A stretch of DNA of 50,486 bases from Octopus sinensis (taxonomy: Eukaryota): assembly GCF_006345805.1 (NCBI RefSeq), contig NW_021835132.1, forward strand, positions 1 through 50,486, read 5' to 3'. The position numbers and the translations under genes are program-made. Below are positions 12,150 through 22,899 of the stretch, piece by piece. Within the stretch, counting starts at the first letter, position 1; each line of letters begins with the position of its first letter. The notes under the pieces were generated by a model. It worked only from the letters and a program-made list of their open reading frames with translations, was not told the DNA's origin and did no database searches.

Positions 12150-12285
12150 AATTGACATTACCTGTACAGGTGCAACTGGGTGCCACATGTCAGATGTCGA
12201 AATGATCGCAGAGCAACGTGAAATGAAGTGCTTTGCTCAAGAACACAACGCAACGCCCGGTCTGGGAATCGAACCCACGATCTCT
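12150..12285 (-). mobile_element. SINE family C-related fragment
   Basis: GAAATGAAGTGCTTTGCTCAAGAACACAACGC..GGGAATCGAACCC is the reverse complement of the family C head/body. Confidence 0.7.
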
Positions 12286-12286
12286 A

Positions 12287-12350
<64 letters not shown>

Positions 12351-12353
<3 letters not shown>

Positions 12354-12502
12354 AAGACTGCAGGCAGGAAACGATCGTAGTGGGATATTAATTATATTTT
12401 TTGATAATTCGTTACATATTTAAATAATATAAATTAATCATATGTATTGGCTTAAGTCTTTCATTGTTTCATTTGCCTAATAGTGGTTTTGTCTCTAATT
12501 TA

Positions 12503-12551
<49 letters not shown>

Positions 12552-12712
12552 ATATTTGAAGACTGCAGGCAGGAAACGATCGTAGTGGGATATTAATTAT
12601 ATTTTTTGATAATTCGTTACATATTTAAATAATATAAATTAATCATATGTATTGGCTTAAGTCTTTCATTGTTTCATTTGCCTAATAGTGGTTTTGTCTC
12701 TAATTTAATATA
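12351..12712 (+). mobile_element. Repeat family H, two tandem copies (unit 205 bp) starting with a 5'-eroded hammerhead-like motif
   Basis: TTGAAGA-CTG(CAGG)CAG-GAAAC-GATC-GTA-GTGGG at 12351-12384 and 12556-12589; both copies are flanked by (TA)n. Confidence 0.65.
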
Positions 12713-12769
12713 ATATATATATGTATATATATATATATATATATACACACACTCACACACACATATATG

Positions 12770-12900
12770 ATCCCAAAATATACAAAAAGCGCAAAGACAG
12801 GCAAAAGAACAACAAACAGAGCGTGCTTGTTTAAAGCTCAAGAAAAACGGAAGAGGTCTTCAACGTTTCGAGCCTAGGTTCTTTTATAGAATAGAAGAAC
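12770..12900 (-). mobile_element. Repeat family G fragment with a degenerate hammerhead motif
   Basis: Minus strand reads CTATAAAA-GAAC(CTAG)GCTC-GAAAC-GTT; related to 22331-22525. Confidence 0.55.
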
Positions 12901-13679
12901 TGGTGTCGATATAATCGACCTGCTTACCTCCCTTAAAAAAATCGCTAGTCTTGACCCCTTCGACAGATCAGCGTCGCGTACAAGGTGAAGCATTGTAATC
13001 TCTTTCGCTCATACGCCATGGAAACCGGGTAACACGCCATGTGCGCTATGGTTCGAGACGCCCTTCACCTCCCAAAAATCTATTACTTTATTAGGTGAAT
13101 AGAGAATGTTCTTTATTCGAATTGGATTCCAGCGTTTACGGCGAAAAAAACCCAAACAAACTGAATGCTGTTTTCATTCCTACACAGTATTCCACACAAA
13201 TAACTAGTGTTAAAGGTGACTGATTCTCTTAATTATAACCACAACAGTATCACTAATCTACTAAAAATGTGGGTTACAAAGGTACAAGCAAAGGCGAGGA
13301 ACTGTTTGTTGGTATTTAATTAGATAATAATTGAAAATATAACCGCTAATTTCATTTTATGCAAATGATATGCTAACTGGATTATGTATATGCCTTTTTT
13401 GAGAATGAGAGAAAAATGGAAAAAAAAAACTTGGAAAAAGGAGTAGGAGGAGGAGGGGTGTGAAGAGGTGGACGTGGAAAAAAACGGGAGAGGGAAAGAG
13501 AAAATATACAGCAAAGACTGGAAGAAAGAAAGAGAGAGAAAGAGAGAGAGAGAGGGGGGAGAAGAGAAAGGTGCTGGGAGAAATTTAAAATGATGAGCAA
13601 AAATGGAAGAGAGTTAGAGAGAGAATAATATGTTTAGGATAGAGAGAGGGGAAGTGAGCAAAAGAAAGAGAAAGGAAAT

Positions 13680-13722
<43 letters not shown>

Positions 13723-13995
13723 GACGAAGCATGAAGGAGAGTAGGAGTAAGAGGAAGAAAGAAACATCAAATGAAAAGCATGAAATGCGCATACTCTGTT
13801 TATGTCTCTCTCTCTCTCTTTCTCTCTCTCTCCCGCCCTCTAATTTCTCTTACGGAGAAATGGGAGGGAAAGAAAAGGATAGAGCGGATGAGAGGATGAA
13901 ATGGGAACAAAACAAAGTGAAAAAATTAAAAGTAATGAATCGCTCTAAAAGAGAAAGAAGAAAGAAAGAATTAAACAACGACTTTATTACGTGAT

Positions 13996-14775
13996 GGTGG
14001 AGGCGCGTGGCTTAGTGGTTAGGGTGTCAGCATCATGATCGTAAGATTGTGATTTCGATTCCTGGACCGGGCGACGCATCGTGTTCTTGAGCAAAACACT
14101 TCATTACACGTTGCTCCAGTCCACTCAGCTGACAAAAATGAGTAACACTGCGATGGACTGACGTCCCGTCCAGGTGGGGAACACACGCGCCAGAGAAACC
14201 GGGAAACTGGGCCCATGAGCCTGGCTAGGCTTTAAAAGGGCGCAAGTGTAGCGCGTGGCTTAGTGATTGGGGTGTCAGCATCATGATCGTAAGATTGTGG
14301 TTTCGATTCCTGGACCGGGCGACGCATCGTGTTCTTGAGCAAAACACTTCATTACACGTTGCTCCAGTCTACTCAACTGGCAAAAATGAGTAACACTGCG
14401 ATGGACTGACGTCCCGTCCAGGTGGGGAACACACGCGCCAGAGAAACCGGGAAACTGGGCCCATGAGCCTGGCTAGGCTTTAAAAGGGCGCAAGTGTAGC
14501 GCGTGGCTTAGTGATTGGGGTGTCAGCATCATGATCGTAAGATTGTGGTTTCGATTCCTGGACCGAGCGACGCATTGTGTTCTTGAGCAAAACACTTCAT
14601 TTCACGTTGCTCCAGTCCACTCAGCTGGCAAAAATGAGTAACGCTGCGATGGACTGGCGTCCCGTCCAGCTGGGGAACACACGCCATAGAAACTGGGAAA
14701 CCGGGAAACCGGGAAACCGGGCCCATGAGTCTGACTAGGCTTTAAAAGGGCACATTTATTTATTTATTTATTATA
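13996..14775 (+). mobile_element. tRNA-head SINE family C, head-to-tail trimer (unit ~249 bp)
   Basis: A-box TGGCTTAGTG and B-box TTTCGATTCC three times, CTGCGATGGACTG(A/G)CGTCCCGTCCAG domain; (ATTT)n tail only after unit 3. Confidence 0.9.
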
Positions 14776-14995
14776 TTACTTGATGCGACAACTTAGACGT
14801 GTCGCTAGAGCAAACGGCAAAATTCTTTGCAGCGTTTATCCCAGTAATCTGTGTTTTGAGTTCAAATCCCTCCGAGTAAAGCTTTGAATTTCATTCTTCT
14901 GGGTTCGTTTAATATACTAACATTTAAATATTGAGATTGGTTCTTCATCATTTTTCTTCTTATCCGTTTCTTTCATTCATTCTTTTTCTCTTTAG

Positions 14996-15070
14996 CAATC
15001 ATTCTGAATCGAAACTTACACCAAGAGAAGGGTTTGAGAAGCAACTTATAGCGTCCTCTTCTCCAGAAAA
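14996..15070 (+). CDS. Candidate 75-nt exon of an unidentified gene (NHSESKLTPREGFEKQLIASSSPE)
   Basis: Long polypyrimidine tract plus TAG at 14994-95, donor AAA/GTAAGA at 15071, only one open frame. No homology recognised. Confidence 0.3.
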
Positions 15071-15591
15071 GTAAGAAAATTGAATAAAGAACTAACCTTT
15101 ACTAGTTACCTTTGTCATTTCCAGGGTTTAGACTGTCAGTACTATTGGAATGGAAGTCTTTGGAACCTTCTCTCGTTGTTGCTGTTCCTGCTTCAGTTCG
15201 CTGTCCGCCTGTTTGTCCCTATCTTCATCTCTCGAGACAGGACTCTCTCGAGTTATCTTCATAAGGGAGCTGTTATTTTATAAGGGGGCTGTCAAGCCTG
15301 CTTCACTAGTTTCATAAAGTTTGTTTGTGCGCTCGCGATCAGGCATACTTATGAAATGACCCTGTGGTATTGAAGGGAGGGATTTTGACATTTATATCGA
15401 CCCCTGCACTTGAAGAGGACTATATTTTGTAACATCAACTCCAAAAGGATGAAAGGCAGAGTGAACTACAGCGAGATTTGAACTCAGGATATAACGAATC
15501 GGAAGAAAGAGCGTTAAGCATTTTGTCCGACACTGTATTTGTATGCGTATGCATATATGCATGTTGCGTGCGTGTGTTTATGTGTGTGCAT

Positions 15592-15656
<65 letters not shown>

Positions 15657-16116
15657 TAAGAGAGAGAAGACATAGATAAAAATATGTGTGGACGTATGAA
15701 AATGCATGCATGTATATATCTGTAAATCATTGTATGGTTTTTTGCATGTATGTTTGTGAATATATGTACACACATACACACACACAAACACACACACACG
15801 CACACACACACTCACACACACACATGCACTCATATATAGGTATATAGATGGATAGATAGATTGATTGATAGGTATTGTATGATAGTATTTATGAGAAATG
15901 TATATGATTGTGCGTATGAATATAGACTTATAAGTATATATGTAAGCGGCAGGTGTGTGTATGTATATATATATATATGTGTGTATATATGTATATATGT
16001 ATATATATGAATATACATATATATACATGCAAACTCTCACATACACATACACACACATTTCTTCCTCAATAGTATCATGATTTCTAAGCAGGTTGTGGCA
16101 TCACAATTCAGATTCA

Positions 16117-16315
16117 AGACATCAACACCATCATCATCATCATCATCACAACCACCATCATCATCCTCATCATCATCATCATCATCACCACAACCACCAC
16201 CACCATCACCACCATCATCATGATCATCATAATCGTCATCATCATCATCACCACCACCATCATCATCTTCATCATCCTCATCATCATCACCATCATCATC
16301 ACCATCATCATCATC

Positions 16316-16347
<32 letters not shown>

Positions 16348-16595
16348 CATCATCATCACTATCAACATCATCATCATCATCATTATCATCATCACCATCA
16401 TCATCAACATCATCATCATCATCATCAATCATCACCATCATCATCATCATCATCATATCATCACTATCAACATCATCATCATCATCATTATCATCATCAC
16501 CATCATCATCATCATCATCATATCATCATCATCATCATCATCATCATCACCATCATCACCATCATCATCATCATCACCACCACCATCACCACCGC

Positions 16596-16632
<37 letters not shown>

Positions 16633-16730
16633 GTGGTCGTCGTCGTCGTCATCGTCGTCGTTAACAACAACAATAACTACAACAACAACTACAACAACAA
16701 CAGCAACAACAACAGCAGCAACAACAAAAT
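16117..16730. repeat. Large compound trinucleotide array (CAT/CAC)n grading into (CGT)n and (CAA)n
   Basis: Directly visible; source of the poly-H/I/S/D/M ORFs. Confidence 0.97.
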
Positions 16731-17562
16731 CATCTTCAGAAGCCATCAAAACCGGATGTTGATTTAATCAAAATTACATCACCTGGAGAAAACTAAGCTT
16801 AAGATTCCCATTATTAATTCCCACGTTCCCCGACACATTTAGTTCCAATTAACTACCCAACTCCCTGTAGCCTTAGACATTTCCATGAAAATGTGATGTT
16901 GCAGTGAAAATGCATCATTTTGAAAGGCTGAACGTTAGCGATTTGGTCAGAGGTGAGATTGTGAAGGAATTCAAAGTTAGTTCTGCATTATGACTTGATT
17001 CCTGTTTTTGTCACTTCCTGATGAGAGTTATGCTGCTGCAGGTATCAAATAATCTTTGAATGGTTTCGTTCAGAAGGAGACTACATCAGAAACTGACGGA
17101 CCCAGCACCGAATGTCACTGAGCAGTAATGGCGCCTAAGATATGGACAAACATACGAGAGTACATACAACTATACATATATGTGTGTATGTGTGTGTGTG
17201 TGTATAGCGAAAGAGAGAGAGAGAGAGAGAGAGAGAGTGACAGACAGACAGACAGACAGATAGAGAGAGATGCAGATAGACGTACATACACATGCATTAT
17301 ATTCGTGTATAGATATAAACCTACATATATACAGTCAATTTATAATTTGCTCAATATGTACGTATCAAATTACGTTATACGAATAAAAAGTAGAGAAGAA
17401 CACGGACACATAATATATATATATATATTATATATATATATATAATATATATATATATATATACATACATACATACATACATATATATGTATAAATATAC
17501 ACACATATATATATGTACACATACATAAATACATATACACACAAACACACATATATATATAT

Positions 17563-18175
17563 ACTCTTTTACTTGTTTCAGTCATATGACTGTGGCCATG
17601 CTGGAGCACCGCCTTTAGTCGAGCAAATCGCCCCCTTATTCTTTGTAAACCTAGTACTTATTCTATCGTAATCTTTTGCAGAACCGCTAAGTTACGGGGA
17701 CGTAAACACGCCAGAATCGTTTGTCGAGCGATGTTGGGGGGACAAACAGAGACACACAAACATACATAAATATATGTATATACACACACACATGCATATA
17801 TACATATATACATATATACGACGGGCTTCTTTCAGTTTCCGTCTATCAAATCCACTCTCAAGTCTTTGGTCGGCCCGTGGCTATAGTAGAATACACTTGA
17901 CCAAGATGCCACGCAGTGGGACTGAACCCGGAACCATGTGGTCCGTAAGCAAGCTACTTACCACACAGCCACTTATATTCTTTTACTTATTTCAGTCATT
18001 TGACTGAGGCCATGCTGGAGCACAGCCTCTGTTCGAGGAACTTATTCTTTGTAAGCCTTGCACGTATTCTGTCGTTCCTTTTGACAAACCGTTAAGCTAC
18101 GGTGACGTCAACACGCCAACATCGGTTGTCAAGCGAGGGTTGGGAGACAAGCACCGACACACAAATACATTCATA
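17563..18175 (-). mobile_element. SINE family B full copy (17563-17973) plus an adjacent older 3' fragment (17978-18175)
   Basis: Family B head, body and tail motifs on the minus strand. Confidence 0.85.
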
Positions 18176-18249
18176 CATACACACACACACACACACACAC
18201 ACAGCAACAACACACAAAGACGCATACACAAATACATATATATATATAT

Positions 18250-18553
18250 ATATCACCGTGATCACCGTGACCGACCAGGTTATCAGACGTTGCTACACAT
18301 CGCTGGTCACAATGCGCTTCGCATTGTTTTAACCTTCAAATGAAGCTTCCCCGCTGGCTAAGCGAGCAGGCCAACAGAAGAAAGAGTGAGAGAAAGTTGT
18401 GGCGAAAGAGTACAGCAGGGATCGCCACCACCCCCTGCCGGAGCCTCGTGGAGCTTTAGATGTTTTCGCTCAATAAACACTCACAGCACCTGGTCTGGGA
18501 ATCGAAACCGCGATCCTAAAACCGCGAATCCGCTGCTCTAACCGCTGGGCCAT
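18250..18553 (-). mobile_element. tRNA-head SINE family D, tail type 1
   Basis: Head TGGCCCAGCGGTTAG..GGTTTCGATTCCC; shares ~190 bp with 49556-49936; tail GCATTGTGACCAGCGATGTG..GGTCACGGTGAT. Confidence 0.88.
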
Positions 18554-18654
18554 TATATACATATAATTAAATAAGGGTAGAAATTGATATTAATCAATTA
18601 AAACCAGTGGCCTAGCATATTTAAAAAAATCCGAAGATTAAAAATATTTTTACA

Positions 18655-18871
18655 TACAAAATTTAAAGGACTGACCACTAAAAGTGGACAGTCCATATGC
18701 TAGACATAGACGTCAAAATCGCTATTTACACGAAGAATGTGTTCTCATTTTTACACTTTGGTTTTTTGCTGAGTTTTTACTTGAGAACATATTCTTCGTG
18801 GAAAATAGCGATTTTGACGTCTATATCTAGCATATAGACTGTCCACTTTTTGTGGTCAGTCCTTTAAATTT

Positions 18872-18875
<4 letters not shown>
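18655..18875. repeat. Long imperfect palindrome, ~93-bp arms and ~34-bp spacer (fold-back element or MITE)
   Basis: 18655-18747 is the reverse complement of 18782-18875 with a few mismatches; TA at both ends. Confidence 0.9.
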
Positions 18876-18932
<57 letters not shown>

Positions 18933-18959
18933 ATACGTACGTGATGTGTGTGTGTGTGT

Positions 18960-19240
18960 GGAGGTGTGTTGTACTCTCTATCGCAAGATCGTATTCTCGT
19001 TTACCAGAACCAGCGGTGCGTTGTATTGTTGAGCAAAACATTTCCTTCATGTTGTTCCACTCCACTCAGCTGTTAATGGGTGACTTGCGACGGGGAGGCG
19101 TTCCGTTCCGGAGCAATACTGGCCTACCCGCCCACTCAACGGGGTGGTATCATCCGCAAGCTGCGACAATGCAAGAAAAACGCATTGTGACCAGCGGTGC
19201 ATGTCCAGATCCCATAGTTTGGTCGATACAGTCATTCAGT
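18960..19240 (+). mobile_element. Old diverged SINE with a family C-type body and a family D type-1 tail
   Basis: GAGCAAAACA..TCCACTCAGCTG followed by CGCATTGTGACCAGCG. Confidence 0.55.
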
Positions 19241-19252
19241 CATATATATGTA

Positions 19253-19299
<47 letters not shown>

Positions 19300-19329
19300 T
19301 ATATATTATATATAGATATATATATTTAT

Positions 19330-19372
<43 letters not shown>

Positions 19373-19388
19373 TATTACATATATATAT

Positions 19389-19437
<49 letters not shown>

Positions 19438-19473
19438 CATACATTATATACACACACACACACACACCACACA

Positions 19474-19504
<31 letters not shown>

Positions 19505-19511
19505 ATAGATA

Positions 19512-19556
<45 letters not shown>

Positions 19557-20133
19557 CTACATACAAGCATGGAGATATATAAATGCGTGTTTTATCAGAG
19601 AAAGCGTTCACACAAATATTGATAATCGTACGTGTAGTCACATACATAAAAAAACATGATTAAACAGGCATATATAAATGTATGACTTCGTTATTATTAT
19701 TGCCTTCATCTTGTGAGACGAGGGTCGAGTTGGCGCAACTGACAATGAAAGTTAAGTACCAGGCGTTTTACCAGTGGAATTTTACCTTGGAGTGCTCACG
19801 GGCCGTTCTTTGTGCAAGGCCTATGGATCTGTGAGAATGACATGAATAGTCAGGTGAAGAGACCCATCAAAGACAACGATGAATCTGCTGAGAAAGCATC
19901 TGGGTGATTTTGTAAGAAAGGAGGTGAGCATAGGGGTCTGCAAAATTCTAATTGTGTAATTGGCTTTGGCTTGATCAGCTTAGCTCGGGGTCAACTGGGT
20001 TGAGATATATGTTACAAGACTTGAAACATGTTTTGACACGCCAGGATATAACGCTGATGTTGTGTCCAAATTTGCATCTGTAGATATAAGCTGAAATGTA
20101 TATATATATATATATATATATATATGAACCTTA

Positions 20134-20655
20134 GACGCAGGAGTGGCTGTGTGGTAAGTAACTTGCTTACCAACCACATAGTTCCAGGTTCAGTCCCACT
20201 ACGAGGCACCTTGGGCAAGTGTCTTCTGCTATAGCCTCGGGCCGACCAAAGCCTTGTGAGTGGATTTGGTAGACGGAAACTGAAAGAAGTCCGTCGTATA
20301 TATATGTATATATATATATATTATGATATGTAGAAAAATACAAACTGAGACAAGAACGCATAAAAACTTAGAAGACGATACAACAAACACAGACAGGACA
20401 TTCGAAGCCCTCAGTCTTCAGTCAAGAACCGGATCATCGTAGTAATTTCGGCTGGTGTGTGTGTATATGTTTGTATGTCTGCGTTTGTCCCCCAACATCG
20501 CTTGACAACCGATGCTGGTGTGTTTACGTCCCCGTAACTTAGCGGTTCGGCAAAAGTTGCCGATAGAATAAGTACTAGGCTTACAAAGAATAAGTCCTGG
20601 GGTACTCCAGCATGGCCGCAGTCAAATTACTGAAACAAGTAAAAAAGTTAGTAAA
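20134..20655 (+). mobile_element. SINE family B with a nested family I insert (~20330-20455) in its internal (TA)n
   Basis: SINE body is interrupted at the microsatellite by a sequence homologous to 26035-26145. Confidence 0.85.
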
Positions 20656-20934
20656 CTTATGTATTTGCACGTGTTTCTGCTGTAGACTGAATATATGTGT
20701 CTATATTGAGTGTGAATGTGCTGGCATTGGTACAGCGCGAAGGTTGATGACCTGTACCGTCCTAGGTATGTGTCTGTTATCTGAACATATTGAATATATG
20801 TGGGAGTCCGTTGGCTGTACAGTAACTGAAAATAAAAGGGTTACCTTCACTTAAACACTGTATCACGTTCATTATGATTGAGGATTAATTACCGGATGTA
20901 CTTGTTTGAAAACATTCAGCCACTCACATCATAC

Positions 20935-22175
20935 GGCATTGAGTCAAAAGTTTTCTTCCGTATTTCAAGTATTATTCAATAGTTCAAATTACATACGAAA
21001 AGCGCTTGCTCATCAAAATATAGCCTTTAATATTCTAATGTCTGTTGACATCGTTATGTTAGATATGCAATCCCATGTTTATACCATTTGGCTGGTTTCG
21101 TGGCAAAAAGCTCCATGCATACATTTTCAACCTCACCTACAGTTTTGAACCTACATCCGCGCAGGAAATGAACCATGGTTCGGAAAAGATGGTGCAAGGC
21201 TTCGAACTTATACTAGGTGAAGTGAGGCAGCACTATCAGCCCATCAAATTCCTCGAGTCTGCGCTTAGTCACATTGGCAATATGTGCTAGGACATTCCCA
21301 TGCTCTAGGAGTGCGGATTTTTGATTGACCAATGCCATGTAGCAGGCTATCAAAGTATAACATACTCGCTACAGTTGTTCAGTATAAAGGTTAGCGCTCA
21401 CAGCACGACCACCTGAGTCAAGCTCAAAATGCATCATCTCTTCCAGGTTCAAGTAAGCACACAACACGATCTTTTGCTCAAACGACCCTCATTTGACAAA
21501 ATGTCCAGAAGTCTGGCCAGAACAAAGCCACTGATTAACAAAACATATCTTTTTTTTTTTTATTCCCGTTTACAATTCAACGCCAAAAATGGACATCTCA
21601 GAAATTCGCTAATAGTTTGTTAATGTTCGAACCTCATTGGGCCTGGTCATTGGTCAGTTTATAAGGAGCTTCTCGACTGCGCGTGTTCACGAGGCCGAGC
21701 TTATGGAGGTGTTGATTGATGGTGCTTTTAGAAGGATCAATTTCTACTGACAATGTTACGTCAGTTCAGCCACTTCAAACAAAGCCTCATTGTCCACCAC
21801 AGAAAGTTTCCCTGACCTTGGTTTGTCTTCAAGTCTGTTATCATCTTCCTTGAAATGTCTGAACTAGTTTTGTCCACACGTTTGTTAACCATCCACATCA
21901 TTAATTTCTTTCGCAGCAGCTCTTGCACTCGGTTCTTTTCCACAATTACAACGTAAAATAGCTGTAATAGCAATTTTTTTCACAATTCCTTATCAAAACT
22001 GTAAGCTAAAGAATAAAAATTTACGTGGTTACGTGTCATATATGAAAATAAATAATGGACAGTTCAGTAAGTGTTGGACAAGAGGTTATATCAAATTAAT
22101 CATATAATATGAAGATACAAGCTGCTAAAAAAATTATTAGTAAAAATCTGAAAAGACCTTTGACTTCACATGATA
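20935..22175 (-). pseudogene. Near full-length decayed mariner element/transposase
   Basis: Minus-strand remnants: ARAAAKEINDVDG, FRHFKEDDNRLEDKPRSG, EAPYKLT (cf. WVPHELT), ANLYTEQL, LLEHGNVLAH (cf. LLHDNARPH), LPH..HHLFRTMVHFLRG, WYKHGI. Many stops; degenerate TIR-like ends near 20935 and 22145-22175. Confidence 0.85.
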
Positions 22176-22330
22176 CTTCAATTATGTCGTTCATTTTATG
22201 AAAAACTAAAAGATTACTTCCCACACCGACAAACGATCCATTTACTTGCACCCACCTCTCTCTCTCTCTCATATATATATGTGTGCGTGTATATAAACAC
22301 ACACACACACACACACGCACACATATATAT

Positions 22331-22525
22331 TTGAAGTTTACAGTAAAACAAAAGACGAAGGCAGCTGTATGAAGAACAAGCAAGTGTATTAGTCTGACAC
22401 TTGGGAAAAATGAGAGTCTTTTACTTTTCGAGCCTATGCTCTTTAACAGAGAGGAAATTAACAGAGAGAGAAATAAAAAAGAAACTTGTGGATTTAGCGA
22501 TCAATCATGGCGACTGTATATAACT
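22331..22525 (-). mobile_element. Repeat family G with a degenerate hammerhead motif (22417-22452)
   Basis: Minus strand reads CTCT-CTGTTAA-A-GAGC(ATAG)GCTC-GAAA-A-GTA-AAAG; TA-rich flanks. Confidence 0.6.
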
Positions 22526-22899
22526 ATATGCATACACATGCATACGCACACACATATATACGCGTGTGTGTATGCATCTAAGAAGATGACTTAGAGTTTA
22601 GTTTTAATAAGAGTGTAGGGCACGACGCTCTCATCAGATGTTAGGAGTCAACATTTTATTAAAGTTCTATAACTGCAACCAAATGTGTTCAAAGTTACTT
22701 TCTTTCGTTTCTAACACACTCGTATAAACACACATATACTCACACAAACACACACACATACTTATATATAAATACACAGATGTCTATATTATATTCATAT
22801 ATGCATATATACGCGTGTTAATTGTAATAAGAGAAAGACAACGCAAACATCCGCAATCGAGAGCGACCATACACTCATTTTAAAGAGAATATATGCATA

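Noticed and set aside
15108-15345. Minus-strand hydrophilic reading MPDRERTNK..SRDEDRDKQADSELKQEQQQ
   Set aside because: Interrupted by in-frame stops, no acceptor, and conflicts with stronger plus-strand splice signals.
16037-16767. Poly-His/Asp/Met/Ile/Ser ORFs up to 224 aa
   Set aside because: Translations of a (CAT)n array open in most frames; no unique coding sequence or splice context.
16900-17130. Tc1-like N-terminus (NVSDLVRGEIV)
   Set aside because: A single short motif, no TIR or catalytic region found.
18725-18800. Hammerhead in the 18655 palindrome (CCACGAAGAATATGTTCTC)
   Set aside because: Only a vague resemblance; core nucleotides are missing in both arms.
19245-19510. Interruptions (TT, AA) in (TA)n arrays as a code or pattern
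   Set aside because: Irregular single-base indels are what long-read consensus errors or slippage produce; not interpretable.
20395-20445. Hammerhead in family I (CTGAAGA-CTGAGGGCTTC-GAATGTC, minus strand)
   Set aside because: Lacks GAAA and a foldable stem II/III in both copies; it may be a distant relative but is not supportable.
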